IMG/VR virus record: IMGVR_UViG_3300005537_000002
Coordinates: 1 to 64,000 of that record
Origin: a virus
Reading direction: 5' to 3' (one strand)
DNA length: 64,000 nt
The notes beneath the pieces were generated by a model. That model was given only the letters and a program-made list of their open reading frames with translations. It was not told the DNA's origin and ran no database searches. Position 1 is the stretch's first letter; the number at the start of each line of letters is the position of its first letter. Below are positions 25,694 to 35,924 of this stretch, in pieces. Position numbers and translations under genes: made by a program.

Positions 25694-26452
25694 ATGGCGG
25701 ACTACACTACTATCAATATGCAATACAATACTGGTACTGACGCTTCTCCAACGTGGACTGGAACCGCCATCGCGCTTTCTGGTTCAGCTGGCGCTAACGA
25801 GTTCAGAATGGCTATTACTGGCGGAGGAACATCGATCGCTTCCGCTTCCTGGCCATTCATGGCAAAACCGACGTCGGGTACATCAGCGGTGACTTCTCTG
25901 TACGCTTACACGGCAGACACAACCGGGTCTCAGGTCGCAACGTACACTGGCGACAACACAAAAGCACGTGTGCTAAGATGGAACTTTGACAATACAGGCA
26001 ACCCAGTAACGGTTATGCAGGTGGGTTTCTTCGCTAATAGTACGCACACTGCACCTTCTGCTGGAACACAACCTCCAGGAACAAATAACGATGCATTTAC
26101 GAACGGGCAGTCGTCGGATACGTCTAGCACCAGCTATATTAAGTTCAATCTGTACGGTTCCGGGTTAACGGCTGGAGGATCTCAAGAAACTCCATCAGCT
26201 GGAACCGTAGGGACGAATCCTAGTGCAACAACTGGCACAGCGGGTAGTGTCACGACTACCGCAGGAAACTGGTTGAACACCAACGCTGCTTGGCAATCTG
26301 GCCAAGGCTTTACGCAGTACATCACAGGGGTAGCGATTCCACAGACAGCGACTGCATTCAACTGGTATATGACTTGGGTCATTTTCATTGGGGCTAACAT
26401 TACTGCAGGTACATGGACTCCAGTTTGCACGCTGCAGTACTCTTACTCCTAA
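25694..26452 (+). CDS. Thr/Gly-rich virion structural protein
   Basis: RBS AAGGAG; composition and position. Confidence 0.6.
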   Translation: MADYTTINMQYNTGTDASPTWTGTAIALSGSAGANEFRMAITGGGTSIASASWPFMAKPTSGTSAVTSLYAYTADTTGSQVATYTGDNTKARVLRWNFDNTGNPVTVMQVGFFANSTHTAPSAGTQPPGTNNDAFTNGQSSDTSSTSYIKFNLYGSGLTAGGSQETPSAGTVGTNPSATTGTAGSVTTTAGNWLNTNAAWQSGQGFTQYITGVAIPQTATAFNWYMTWVIFIGANITAGTWTPVCTLQYSYS

Positions 26453-26466
26453 AGGTAGGTGAAGGT

Positions 26467-27051
26467 ATGGGGCTTGTCGAAGAACTGCTTGGTTGCTCTC
26501 TCCTTGACATCACTAGACCGTATTGGGCTGTAAAGTTGTCTACAGGTACTTGGGTGTGCGAGGCGCACACCAAAACTGACCTACGAACAGGATCAGTTAG
26601 GTACTTCGACTGGTCTAATGACCTTGTTGCAAGCGGAGACGTACTCAAGATCGCTCAACTCTGGCTCCTATGCCCTTCAAGCAAGCGTTCGCCCCTTGGA
26701 AACACCGCTTGGCTGCAGATTACTGAGTCGGGTACAGCCTTTCAGTTTAAGGTTAGCACAGTGGACAGCATAGTCGTCGAGAGTGTCAGGAGCCTGCAAG
26801 CGCACATTATCGGGAAGGTTACTAATAAAGAAACTGGCGACTGTGAAGTCTTTATTTGGGATACCTACCAACAAGGACTGATTACGCCAACCACACGTAT
26901 TTACGACTCACTTACCAACAGTTATAGAAAAGACTCGAATGGTAACCCTGTTTACGCTGGCAAGGCAAACGTGTACAACTTTCATTCGTGGAGAGAGGGT
27001 ATAGCACCGCTCGGTAGGTTAGAGCTGAGTACAGTAGGGGTAAGGATTTGA
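26467..27051 (+). CDS. Hypothetical protein
   Basis: RBS GAAGGT before ATG 26467 (ORF track start 26413). Confidence 0.6.
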   Translation: MGLVEELLGCSLLDITRPYWAVKLSTGTWVCEAHTKTDLRTGSVRYFDWSNDLVASGDVLKIAQLWLLCPSSKRSPLGNTAWLQITESGTAFQFKVSTVDSIVVESVRSLQAHIIGKVTNKETGDCEVFIWDTYQQGLITPTTRIYDSLTNSYRKDSNGNPVYAGKANVYNFHSWREGIAPLGRLELSTVGVRI

Positions 27052-29975
27052 CAGCACTCACAGTCTATCTCACTAACTTTGCTGCGACGACCGTCACAAC
27101 CTCGAATACCCTTATCGAAAATGCTACTACTGGTGCTAGCCTTACTAACAAAAATACCAATCTGACGTCCGGTACAACAGGTTGGGTCGAGATTCTTTCG
27201 CAAGGTGGTACGTTCGGTGCAGGTGTCGGATCGGAACCATCTCCATCTGGCAAAGGGTGGATCGACGACGGTACTACACTTGAGGGATTTCACTTTGCGT
27301 CCGGCACATGGACGTTCAATCTTGGCTTCGAGTGTACTACGACAGGCACGTTCACAGCAGACGTTCACTTCCGAGCGTACCAGCGATCATCCGGTGGTAC
27401 GTATACCCTTATTGGAGAGGCAACTGCTTCCGGTCAGACAATCATCTCCACTAGTTATACAGTTGTTTCAGCTTCCGGTAGCTTCTCCGCATCCGCGACG
27501 TTTGCGACAGGCGATAAACTCTACATCGACTGTCTGATGAACATCACGACGAACTCGACTACTGGCAACATGCGTATGCAGCAGTCGAGTAGTGCGACTA
27601 CGGGTTCTACTAGCGCGGATGCAGTAACTCCCGGGTATATTTCAAGCACCCAAGTCGATAAAGATGTTGTCGTTCGTGCACGTATTCAGGCACTAGTAGA
27701 CAAAGACGTTCGAATCCGAGGCCGGCTCAAGCAGCTAGTTAACAAAGACGTTGCACTTCGCGGTAACGTAGGTCTGCAAGCTACCAAAGATGTCGTCGTT
27801 CGTGCACGTATCCAACAGCTAATCAATAAAGACGTCGGACTACGCGGTAGGATTAGTGCCCTTGTCGTAAAAGATGTAGGACTACGCGGTCGTATAAACA
27901 TACTCAGCACGAAGGACGTTCGTGTCAGGGGTATAGTAGCAGCATCTGGCATAAAGGATGTCAGACTACGAGGCCGAATCAATATACTCGTAGATAAGGA
28001 TATCGGACTACGGGGTAAACCTGCTAACACCGTCACTAAAGATATAGTCATTCGTGCTAACGTAACCTCTCCTCCATTAGCGAGTGGAGGATTTACGCTT
28101 TGGGCCAACGGTACCGGGACTGCGTCATTTGACCACTTTAGAGTAACCCAATTTCCTGACCCCTCCCTATCACTCTCGACTATTACACCCAGAGTAGGAA
28201 CGACTCTAGTCTCTTGGAACTCTATAACGCCAGCTAGCACGACGCTTGGAGTCGATATATCACTAGACGGTGTCAACTGGACGGACGTAACTTCGGGTAA
28301 TAACGGTAGTCTACCGGGTATCTATTCGCAAACTGACCCAGTTGTAGATGGCTTCGATATAGTCTCAACTGCTAACTACACTAATACTTTCCGAACTGGT
28401 GGAGCTACTGCTACTTGGACGTATAATACCGGAAGTAGTCAGCTTACAGCGACTAGCGGTACTAACGCACTATATTTATACTCCGCTATCTCAAAGTCTG
28501 ACGTCGACTTCTTTGTAGATATGGATCAGTCGGATGCCGGGGGAATGGTATGGCGATATGTAGACGGTAGCAACTTCTACTATCTACTTATAAGTGACAG
28601 CCTTTCTAGCACAGGGGTAGTTAACGCCGTTACTCTATATAAAGTTGCAAGCAACGTCAGAACCCAACTAGGTACGTCACTCATCACCTATACGGTTGGT
28701 GACAGCTTCAACGGATACACAGCGTCGTTCATTAGGGGTACGTACCACAGATTTAGGGTCACGATGTTAGGTGGTGTCATTACAGTCTATGCTGACGGCA
28801 ATGTGCTTATCACCTACACGGACGGTTCTCCATTAGGTGCAGGACTAATGGGTCTATACAACAATGGAGGAACAGTAGGTTCTAGGTACTACCAACTATG
28901 GATGCAGCCACTAGGTGACTACGTTACGGGTACCCCACAGTTCGACATTGTCACTGGAGACTTTGTCTATACTAGGTGTAGGTTAGCCACTACAAGCGTT
29001 GCAGTGTCTCCACAAGTACTAGACTTGACGACGATGGCTACTACACCCTCGATAGGAGCGGGTGCTATCTTACCGAACGTCGCGTATACCTCAACTACGG
29101 TTGCTAAGAACATTGACGACCTAGCCAAGAAGAGTAACTACTCCTGGTTTATAGACCCTAGTACACGTACATTAGTCTTTAGATCTAGGGGGGCTACTGC
29201 CTCTCCATGGATACTACAGTCTGTACCATACGGGCTTGCGTCTGTATCGGATATAGAGATAGACACCAACTTGGAGTTAGACGTCGGTAATGACCTATAT
29301 CGTAATCGACAGACTATATTAGGAGCCTTCGACACAGCTAACTTTGTAGACTCTCTCATTGGGGATGGAAGCACACGTACATTCCCAATCGGTTACATAC
29401 CAGCTTCAGCACCGACTGTTACTCTTAACGGATACACACAGACAGTAGGTCTGAAGGGTTCGTCAGGATTCTCCTTCTACTACAACTTAACCGACCCAAA
29501 TATCGTACAGGACTCAAGTCTCGCTGTGCTACAACCGTCGGATAAGTTGGTGGTAACCTATGTAGGGCAGTTCCCTGTGACTATTGTAGTTGATGATCTC
29601 ACTAAGCAAGCAGCGCAAGCGGCTATTGAGGGTGGAACTGGCATCGTCGAGAACGTAGTCGACGTAACTGGACAGGGAGTTAACAGAAGTGCTGCAACAT
29701 CACTAGCTAACCAGTTGATTAGTCGTTATGGTACTGCAGGTCGTACACTGATCTTTGATACGACTCGCAATGGACTTGCAGTAGGCCAGCTACTGTCCAT
29801 CTTCTTACCAGAGCACGGCATCTTCGATGGACAGTTCTTCATCACCCAAATTGAGATTACGCTCATGAAAGGGAGGGGAGACACACAAGTATGGTGGTAC
29901 AAAACAACTGCGTCGGAACTTCCGAGGCAAGCATCTTGGGCCAAACTACTAGCCAGTGGTTTAGGTCTACAATAA
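27048..29975 (+). CDS. Tail protein: N-terminal domain, 10 x 14-aa KDVxxRxRI repeats, lectin-like domains and baseplate-hub C-terminal region
   Basis: Repeats at about 27660-28067; C-terminal IDDLAKKSNYSWFID...LVFRSR...YRNRQ...GLAVGQLLSIFLPEHGI hub-like pattern. Confidence 0.7.
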   Translation: MTALTVYLTNFAATTVTTSNTLIENATTGASLTNKNTNLTSGTTGWVEILSQGGTFGAGVGSEPSPSGKGWIDDGTTLEGFHFASGTWTFNLGFECTTTGTFTADVHFRAYQRSSGGTYTLIGEATASGQTIISTSYTVVSASGSFSASATFATGDKLYIDCLMNITTNSTTGNMRMQQSSSATTGSTSADAVTPGYISSTQVDKDVVVRARIQALVDKDVRIRGRLKQLVNKDVALRGNVGLQATKDVVVRARIQQLINKDVGLRGRISALVVKDVGLRGRINILSTKDVRVRGIVAASGIKDVRLRGRINILVDKDIGLRGKPANTVTKDIVIRANVTSPPLASGGFTLWANGTGTASFDHFRVTQFPDPSLSLSTITPRVGTTLVSWNSITPASTTLGVDISLDGVNWTDVTSGNNGSLPGIYSQTDPVVDGFDIVSTANYTNTFRTGGATATWTYNTGSSQLTATSGTNALYLYSAISKSDVDFFVDMDQSDAGGMVWRYVDGSNFYYLLISDSLSSTGVVNAVTLYKVASNVRTQLGTSLITYTVGDSFNGYTASFIRGTYHRFRVTMLGGVITVYADGNVLITYTDGSPLGAGLMGLYNNGGTVGSRYYQLWMQPLGDYVTGTPQFDIVTGDFVYTRCRLATTSVAVSPQVLDLTTMATTPSIGAGAILPNVAYTSTTVAKNIDDLAKKSNYSWFIDPSTRTLVFRSRGATASPWILQSVPYGLASVSDIEIDTNLELDVGNDLYRNRQTILGAFDTANFVDSLIGDGSTRTFPIGYIPASAPTVTLNGYTQTVGLKGSSGFSFYYNLTDPNIVQDSSLAVLQPSDKLVVTYVGQFPVTIVVDDLTKQAAQAAIEGGTGIVENVVDVTGQGVNRSAATSLANQLISRYGTAGRTLIFDTTRNGLAVGQLLSIFLPEHGIFDGQFFITQIEITLMKGRGDTQVWWYKTTASELPRQASWAKLLASGLGLQ

Positions 29976-29991
29976 CTAAAGGAGTATAGCA

Positions 29992-31114
29992 TTGACTGAA
30001 TTGCATCTTGTCAATCGACCGGAGTACTGGAAACAGACATCCGTACGACCCAGAGGCTTCACCGAGTTCTGCGACATGATAGAAACCAACGGTCGCATTA
30101 CGGGCATTTGGGAGTTCAAACAGTACGACCCTAAAACGGGCGAAGTACGTAAGCGAGAGTGGAATACCAACGTCGTAACTGACCACGGTGCGGTCAACAT
30201 CCTCGCGAGTGCTATGGCTAGCGCTTCCAACTCTAGCCAATGGAATAACATTTACATCAACAACAACAGCGGTTCAACTACACTCACAACAGCTCTAACT
30301 AACGGCCAGACGGCTGTTACATCCCTTGCTGTAGCCGCTATACCGGCTGCCATTCCATTGGACTACCCGGCTCCAATCTCATCGACAGTAACACAGCTCA
30401 CTGTCGGGTATGGAACTGGTCAGACACAAACAGTCTCGATGAACGGTGCAGCTTCTCAAGCAGCGACATCACTCACAACAGTGTCTTACACCAGTAACGC
30501 TGCCTATGCGATTGGTACTAACGTCGTGCCACTACCAAACGTTGGCGAAAATCCATCGAACGCTAACCTGAAAGCCAACGCAACGTCTCCAGTTGAGACC
30601 TATAGCGGTAACCTTTCTTCAGGAGCATTCACGTACACCCCGACTACCGGTGCAGGTAACCGACTAGTCACGATCGCGTTCACGTTCGCAAACTCTACCA
30701 ACGGTGGCTCGACCTCTAACGGAACATACACCGATGCGTGGCTCGTTAACGTGACATCCGCCGCCGCGAACACTACAACGGGCAACTTCGTAGGCAACTA
30801 CGTGGCGCACGAGGTGAATACTCCGATGATCGTGAACAACAGCAACAACGTTAGAACAGTGACGCTTCAGTAGGTAACTGCTGTCGAATAACTTCTCTGG
30901 AAACGGTGAAGGTCCAGAACGGATAACGCCGTGGGAAGCATAGCAAAGACGCTAAGGCACCCGTAGAGACTAAGTGAGAAGCTCCTGTCAATGTCGACAG
31001 GATGATGCCATAGTCCGAACTGTATAGGAATATACAGAATGAGGCAGAAATGACCTCATCCGTACTGCAGTACGAGTAACATCAAAGGCTGTAAGTATTA
31101 CTATAAAGATTTAA
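29992..31114 (+). CDS. Virion structural (tail-associated) protein, spliced: join(29992..30852,31088..31114)
   Basis: Splicing replaces the intron read-through RTVTLQ with AVSITIKI-stop; NxVT..G motif near the N-terminus. Confidence 0.75.
30853..31087 (+). ncRNA. Group I intron 4 (ORF-less, 235 nt)
   Basis: P1: AACGTT with GACG(C)TT(30861-67), U.G at the splice site. P10: GCTGT with ACAGT(30856-60). P7 GACTA(30968-72):TAGTC(31011-15). Shared GCAGAAATGAC; ends TAAC-ATCAAAG. Confidence 0.9.
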
Positions 31115-31277
31115 CTGGAAGGTTCGTACCTAGTCCAACCTTTCCAGCTATCTCGTTTGCCTGTAGCAACTTCACACATATAAGCTACGTGTAGAGAATG
31201 CTCTCTACAGAACGCCTGTAAGTTATGTACAGGAGCTTATCAAGTGGTACCACACAACAGAAAGGGTTCTTTCACGC

Positions 31278-31469
31278 ATGACCAACTACATTGTAGTCAC
31301 TACCAACACTCCAGAAGTCCGAGCGACTATGCACCAGTCAGTCGAGGATGTCGAACTCGTTGCGGGCCAAACTACGTTCCTGTGCTGGCACCTTCACGAA
31401 CCTACTCCGGACGATCTGGAGAAAGCTCAGCATCTCGAGGGTTACCTAGGCATCGTTGAGATTAAATAG
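31278..31469 (+). CDS. Small hypothetical protein
   Basis: 63 aa, coherent composition, upstream AAAGGG. Confidence 0.5.
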   Translation: MTNYIVVTTNTPEVRATMHQSVEDVELVAGQTTFLCWHLHEPTPDDLEKAQHLEGYLGIVEIK

Positions 31470-31500
31470 TTTTCAGTTCACAACGACAGTGGAGTATTAG

Positions 31501-34500
31501 GTGGCATTTCCTACATTTGACGCCGTCTTCAATATCACACCGAATACGACGACGACCTGGAGTCATACTGTTTCTAATACCCAATCTAACCTCTGCCTCC
31601 TTGTCGTTGTGAACTGTATCAGCTCGACTGGTAAAACTACAACTGGTGTAACCTATGCCTCCGTCGCTATGACAAAGGTTACATCCTTCTTCTACAACGG
31701 TACTAACGACGAACTGTCACTTTGGAGACTCGTCGGTCCTACAACGGGTTCCAACACTGTAACTGTCACTCTCTCCGGGTCTGCTCTTATGACCGGAGAC
31801 TCAGTCTCATACTACAACGTCAACCAGACGACTCCAGTCGCAACCTCTAACACCTTCCATGGAACTACGGCCAACCCAAGTAACTCTCTCTCTAGTACAG
31901 ATACGACTATGCTGGTCGTTGATGCAATAGGCAACCTCGGCAATGCATCGTACGGTGCGGTAGGTTCAGGGCAAACCTCGCGTTATGGTGCAGCGCCATC
32001 GAGTGGCTTAGGCGGTTCAGATAAAACCGGAGTATCGACTAGTACTACCATGTCTCGTACTATGACTGCAGACACTTGGGGTCAGATTATCGCTGCCCTC
32101 AATTCGTCGGGTCCTACTGTTAACACGTCCACCTTCACAGACGCTCTTACCGCATCTGACGTCGGAAACATGCAGTCATGGAATGTCGACTCTCTTACTG
32201 CCAGTGATGTTCTTGGAGCAGCCACTTGGAATGTAGACAGTCTTACAGCGTCCGATGTACTAGGCGGAAGTTCTTGGAACGTTGACTCACTTACCGCTAC
32301 AGACGTCTCCGCGGGTTCGAACTGGAACGTAGATAGCCTTAGTTCGTCCACAAGTACTCTATTTACTGATACTGATCTAGCATCCGACGCCCTCACAGTT
32401 ACAGACGTCGGCAACCAGCAGGTATGGAGAGTAGACTCAAGCACCCCTACAGATGTCACACTCTCGACTGACTCTTTACTCGCAGCTGAACTTCTAAATA
32501 CAGCAGACGTAACTCTCTCAACTACTACCTTCTCGTCTACTGACGCTCTAACTCTGTCAGACTCTACTCTAGTTACTGCTAGTGTACTACCACTCGACCT
32601 GTTAAGCACAGTGGACAGCGTCCTGTTAACCGACAGTACTGTCATAGTTGACTCCCTTACCACCGCTGACAGTCTCTCAACTACGGGTACTCTCCTCCAA
32701 ACTGACTCACTATCAACTGTAGATAGCACTCTCGCGACCGACAGTACACTCGTTACAGACATCCTACCTACATCAGACAGTTTCTCCTCACCTACCAGTC
32801 CATCTCTAACGGACTCTCTATCAGTTACGGACACCCTACTTACTACGGGTTCGCTTACTGTCGCTGACTCACTATCTACTACTGACAACGTACTGGCAAC
32901 TGACACCAACGTTGTAATAGAGTTACTCACAGCCTCAGACACTGGCACCTCACAAACCTGGAATATAGACGCTCTTACAGCTACTGACTCGCTACTCACT
33001 ACAAACTCCGCATCCACAGTTGATACAAGCTCAGTTGCTGACACCACACTTGTAACGGACTCGAGTATCCTAACTGATGTACTAACCCAGTCGGATGCTG
33101 TGCTTGTAACAGACTCTGATACCGTTACTGACAGTCTTACCACTACAGACAGCCTGCTGCAATCTAATACTTACTCCCCATCGGAAGTACTTACTGAATC
33201 AGACACCGGAGGCTCACAAGTCTGGAATGTTGACCTACTCTCGGTTGCTGACTCTCTCCTACAGACTAGTACCTCTATCGTTAGTGAGTCCCTAACCTCA
33301 TCCGATACGACCCTTACTACATGCAGTTGGTTGGTAACCGAAACCCTGGCTGCCAGTGACTCCCTTACATCTCCTTATACGATTCAGTATAGCGACTTAC
33401 TAGTAGTATCTGAAAGTATATCCGTAAGTGACTCAACCCTCCTAGCTGAGTCTTTGACGGTTTCTGACCAGATTACGGCTAGCCAGTCCACTGTGCTAAT
33501 CGAGTCTAGTGTAGTGGTTGACTCTACACTAACAACTACTAACTCTGTATACACGGAGTTCTTAACGATTCCCGATATAGTTACCAATAACTATATCAGC
33601 TCTCTTACAGACCTACTTACTGCCACTGACACGAATGCCCAACAAACGTGGGGAACTGACAGCCTCCTAATAGCAGACAGTACACTCTACGCTAGCTCTA
33701 GCCTCTCTATCGAGTCTATAGCTGTTACTGACACTGAGTCCGCTATTACCACACTACTCCTAACAGACGCCCTGCCTGTTACAGATGTAGCATCAGTAAC
33801 GCTAAGCGCTAGTACTACCGATAGCGTACCGTCGGTAGACTTCTTACAGGGGTCTACTACTTACCTCGCACTCGATGCACTTACCTCGGTGGATGTAGGG
33901 TCTCTACAGCTTTGGGGTACGGACTCTCTAGTAGTTACAGACGCACTTACACTCTCAGTTCCGACTCTCGTTACAGACTCCCTATTGGCGAATGATACTA
34001 CCCTTAATACGAGTTACTTCTCATGTACGGATAGCATTCCGATAAGCGACTCTAGTACGTGGATAGATATACCCGCGGGAACAGTCACTACGACGTATAC
34101 GTTCGTAGACGTGCTAGTAGTTGGAGACGCATATCAAGTCATACTACAACCTGTACTAGTAGAAGTTAACTCAACAACTACTTCTACACTGACTACCACT
34201 TCCAGTAGTAGTACAGAGTCACTAACTGCGAGTGACTCCAGTAATAGTTATACCTGGCTTACAGAGTCACTCACTGCATCCGACAGTTCGTCTACATCAT
34301 CTACATCGCTTGCTTCTGACTCTTTAGTTGTAACGGAGTCGCTTACAACTACCTATACGTACTCACTAATAGAGTCTCTTGTCGTTACTGATACCAACTC
34401 CTCAGTAACGGCAAGTTCATTTATGGATGCGCTAACTGCATCTGACGTACACAGTGAGTATACAGTCGTAGTAGACGCACTCACAGCTACAGACGCTCTT

Positions 34501-35235
34501 ACTTGTAGTTTGATCTCACAAGTACAGGATGTTATAGTTGTCTCTGACCAGTCGACCGCGTCGAGTATCTCTAGTTCAAGTGATTCGCTCTCAGTCACTG
34601 ATACCGCATCCTACGTCGTACTCGTCAGTGGTACTGAAGCTACTGTGCTAGTCGACTCACTATTAGCAGTTGGTAGTACCTTTAGCTCGGATGGCAGTCC
34701 AATTCTAGATCAGTCAACGGATACGACCATCTACTTATCGGTAGATACTCTATCTCCATCCGACTCTATCAGTACTGGTCCTACTACCAACCTCACGTTA
34801 TTCACGGATTCGCTACTAGTAGTTGAGAGTATACTCTCCCTAAGTGGTAGTAGTGCTGTCGATGCCTTACTGTTACTAGACGTGAGTTCCACTAGTAGTT
34901 GGGTGACAGACTCATTAGCTACTAGTGAGTACGCTTCATACACTCAATTACTCGCGGGTACAGAACTATATACTGTAGGTAGTAGCACGAACATAACGAG
35001 TCGGTACTATGACACAGACTCGTTAGCTGTGCTAGACAGTGCTGAGTTTGCACCTATTATACAATCTCCGCCTACAAATGCAGAGTTTGAAGTGAGACTA
35101 GGTACAGCGGTTGCGAGCGTCCGAAAGGGTACAACTGTTGTAAGGGTTAGACTCGACAGTATCAAGGTTATCGTCAGAACTGGGGTTGCTAAAGCGAGAG
35201 TTCGTACTGGAGTTACGAGTATAACCTCTAGATAA
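31501..35235 (+). CDS. Large Ser/Thr/Asp-rich repeat virion protein (tail fibre/spike-like)
   Basis: About 200-aa globular N-terminal domain followed by dozens of D(S/A)L(T/S)xxD repeats; basic VRxG C-terminus. Confidence 0.65.
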   Translation: MAFPTFDAVFNITPNTTTTWSHTVSNTQSNLCLLVVVNCISSTGKTTTGVTYASVAMTKVTSFFYNGTNDELSLWRLVGPTTGSNTVTVTLSGSALMTGDSVSYYNVNQTTPVATSNTFHGTTANPSNSLSSTDTTMLVVDAIGNLGNASYGAVGSGQTSRYGAAPSSGLGGSDKTGVSTSTTMSRTMTADTWGQIIAALNSSGPTVNTSTFTDALTASDVGNMQSWNVDSLTASDVLGAATWNVDSLTASDVLGGSSWNVDSLTATDVSAGSNWNVDSLSSSTSTLFTDTDLASDALTVTDVGNQQVWRVDSSTPTDVTLSTDSLLAAELLNTADVTLSTTTFSSTDALTLSDSTLVTASVLPLDLLSTVDSVLLTDSTVIVDSLTTADSLSTTGTLLQTDSLSTVDSTLATDSTLVTDILPTSDSFSSPTSPSLTDSLSVTDTLLTTGSLTVADSLSTTDNVLATDTNVVIELLTASDTGTSQTWNIDALTATDSLLTTNSASTVDTSSVADTTLVTDSSILTDVLTQSDAVLVTDSDTVTDSLTTTDSLLQSNTYSPSEVLTESDTGGSQVWNVDLLSVADSLLQTSTSIVSESLTSSDTTLTTCSWLVTETLAASDSLTSPYTIQYSDLLVVSESISVSDSTLLAESLTVSDQITASQSTVLIESSVVVDSTLTTTNSVYTEFLTIPDIVTNNYISSLTDLLTATDTNAQQTWGTDSLLIADSTLYASSSLSIESIAVTDTESAITTLLLTDALPVTDVASVTLSASTTDSVPSVDFLQGSTTYLALDALTSVDVGSLQLWGTDSLVVTDALTLSVPTLVTDSLLANDTTLNTSYFSCTDSIPISDSSTWIDIPAGTVTTTYTFVDVLVVGDAYQVILQPVLVEVNSTTTSTLTTTSSSSTESLTASDSSNSYTWLTESLTASDSSSTSSTSLASDSLVVTESLTTTYTYSLIESLVVTDTNSSVTASSFMDALTASDVHSEYTVVVDALTATDALTCSLISQVQDVIVVSDQSTASSISSSSDSLSVTDTASYVVLVSGTEATVLVDSLLAVGSTFSSDGSPILDQSTDTTIYLSVDTLSPSDSISTGPTTNLTLFTDSLLVVESILSLSGSSAVDALLLLDVSSTSSWVTDSLATSEYASYTQLLAGTELYTVGSSTNITSRYYDTDSLAVLDSAEFAPIIQSPPTNAEFEVRLGTAVASVRKGTTVVRVRLDSIKVIVRTGVAKARVRTGVTSITSR

Positions 35236-35249
35236 GAAAGGAGACATAT

Positions 35250-35573
35250 GTGGCAGTTGTAGATGACTATAGTCCTATCTACGTAGGCGATACTGGGATA
35301 CCGTTCGCTCCTGTGTTTCAGCACATGGATGGCAGTACGTTTAACTTAAGCGGTGCTACCGTCACGATGAAAATGCAAGACCAGGACGGAAACTTAAAGA
35401 CATGTAATGGTACGTGGACTGTGGACGATGCCGTAAACGGCAAGGCTCACTATACGTGGCAATCCGCAGACGTCAGCACAGCCGGAGTGTGGAACTTGTA
35501 CATCACTATTACTATCGCGGGATCTCCCGTACACGCTGACATGAAACAACTACAGATTCTGAGTGCGCCATAG
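35250..35573 (+). CDS. BppU N-terminal-like (baseplate upper) protein
   Basis: IYVGDTG...FNLSGATVTMKM...DAVNGKAHYTWQSADVSTAGVW pattern. Confidence 0.7.
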   Translation: MAVVDDYSPIYVGDTGIPFAPVFQHMDGSTFNLSGATVTMKMQDQDGNLKTCNGTWTVDDAVNGKAHYTWQSADVSTAGVWNLYITITIAGSPVHADMKQLQILSAP

Positions 35574-35590
35574 ACAGTATAGAAGAAAGA

Positions 35591-35911
35591 GTGCTAGATA
35601 TGCCAGGACAATCCGACGTGTCTAGACTTATCGAGGTGCTTCAGTCCTCTATCAAACGAGCGTTGGATGAACAAGCAGTTCTAAGACCTCAAATAGACAG
35701 TTTGAAAACTACCCAAACTGCCCAACAGGAGCAAATTCGTGTAATGTCTGAAGAGCTGAAGGAACTCAAACAGGACCTGAAAGAGGCAAAGCAAGCGATT
35801 CTTGAGTCACAAGAATCGAACTACAAACGCATCATTTATGTACAAGGAACGCTTCTCCTTGCAATCTTAGGTGCAGTCATCGGTCTTGCCGTAAAGGTCT
35901 TCTTCCACTAG
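35591..35911 (+). CDS. Coiled-coil protein with C-terminal TM (XhlA/holin-like)
   Basis: Heptad region followed by TLLLAILGAVIGLAVKVFF. Confidence 0.6.
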   Translation: MLDMPGQSDVSRLIEVLQSSIKRALDEQAVLRPQIDSLKTTQTAQQEQIRVMSEELKELKQDLKEAKQAILESQESNYKRIIYVQGTLLLAILGAVIGLAVKVFFH

Positions 35912-35924
35912 CGATGGAGGTGCT

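Noticed and set aside
25679-28067. Intron or transposon explaining the block inside the hub gene
   Set aside because: No group I/II core, terminal repeats, target duplication or transposase; kept only as a split-gene observation.
32082-33143. Minus-strand 353-aa ORF and other long antisense ORFs in tail genes
   Set aside because: Shadows of low-complexity Ser/Thr-rich plus-strand genes.
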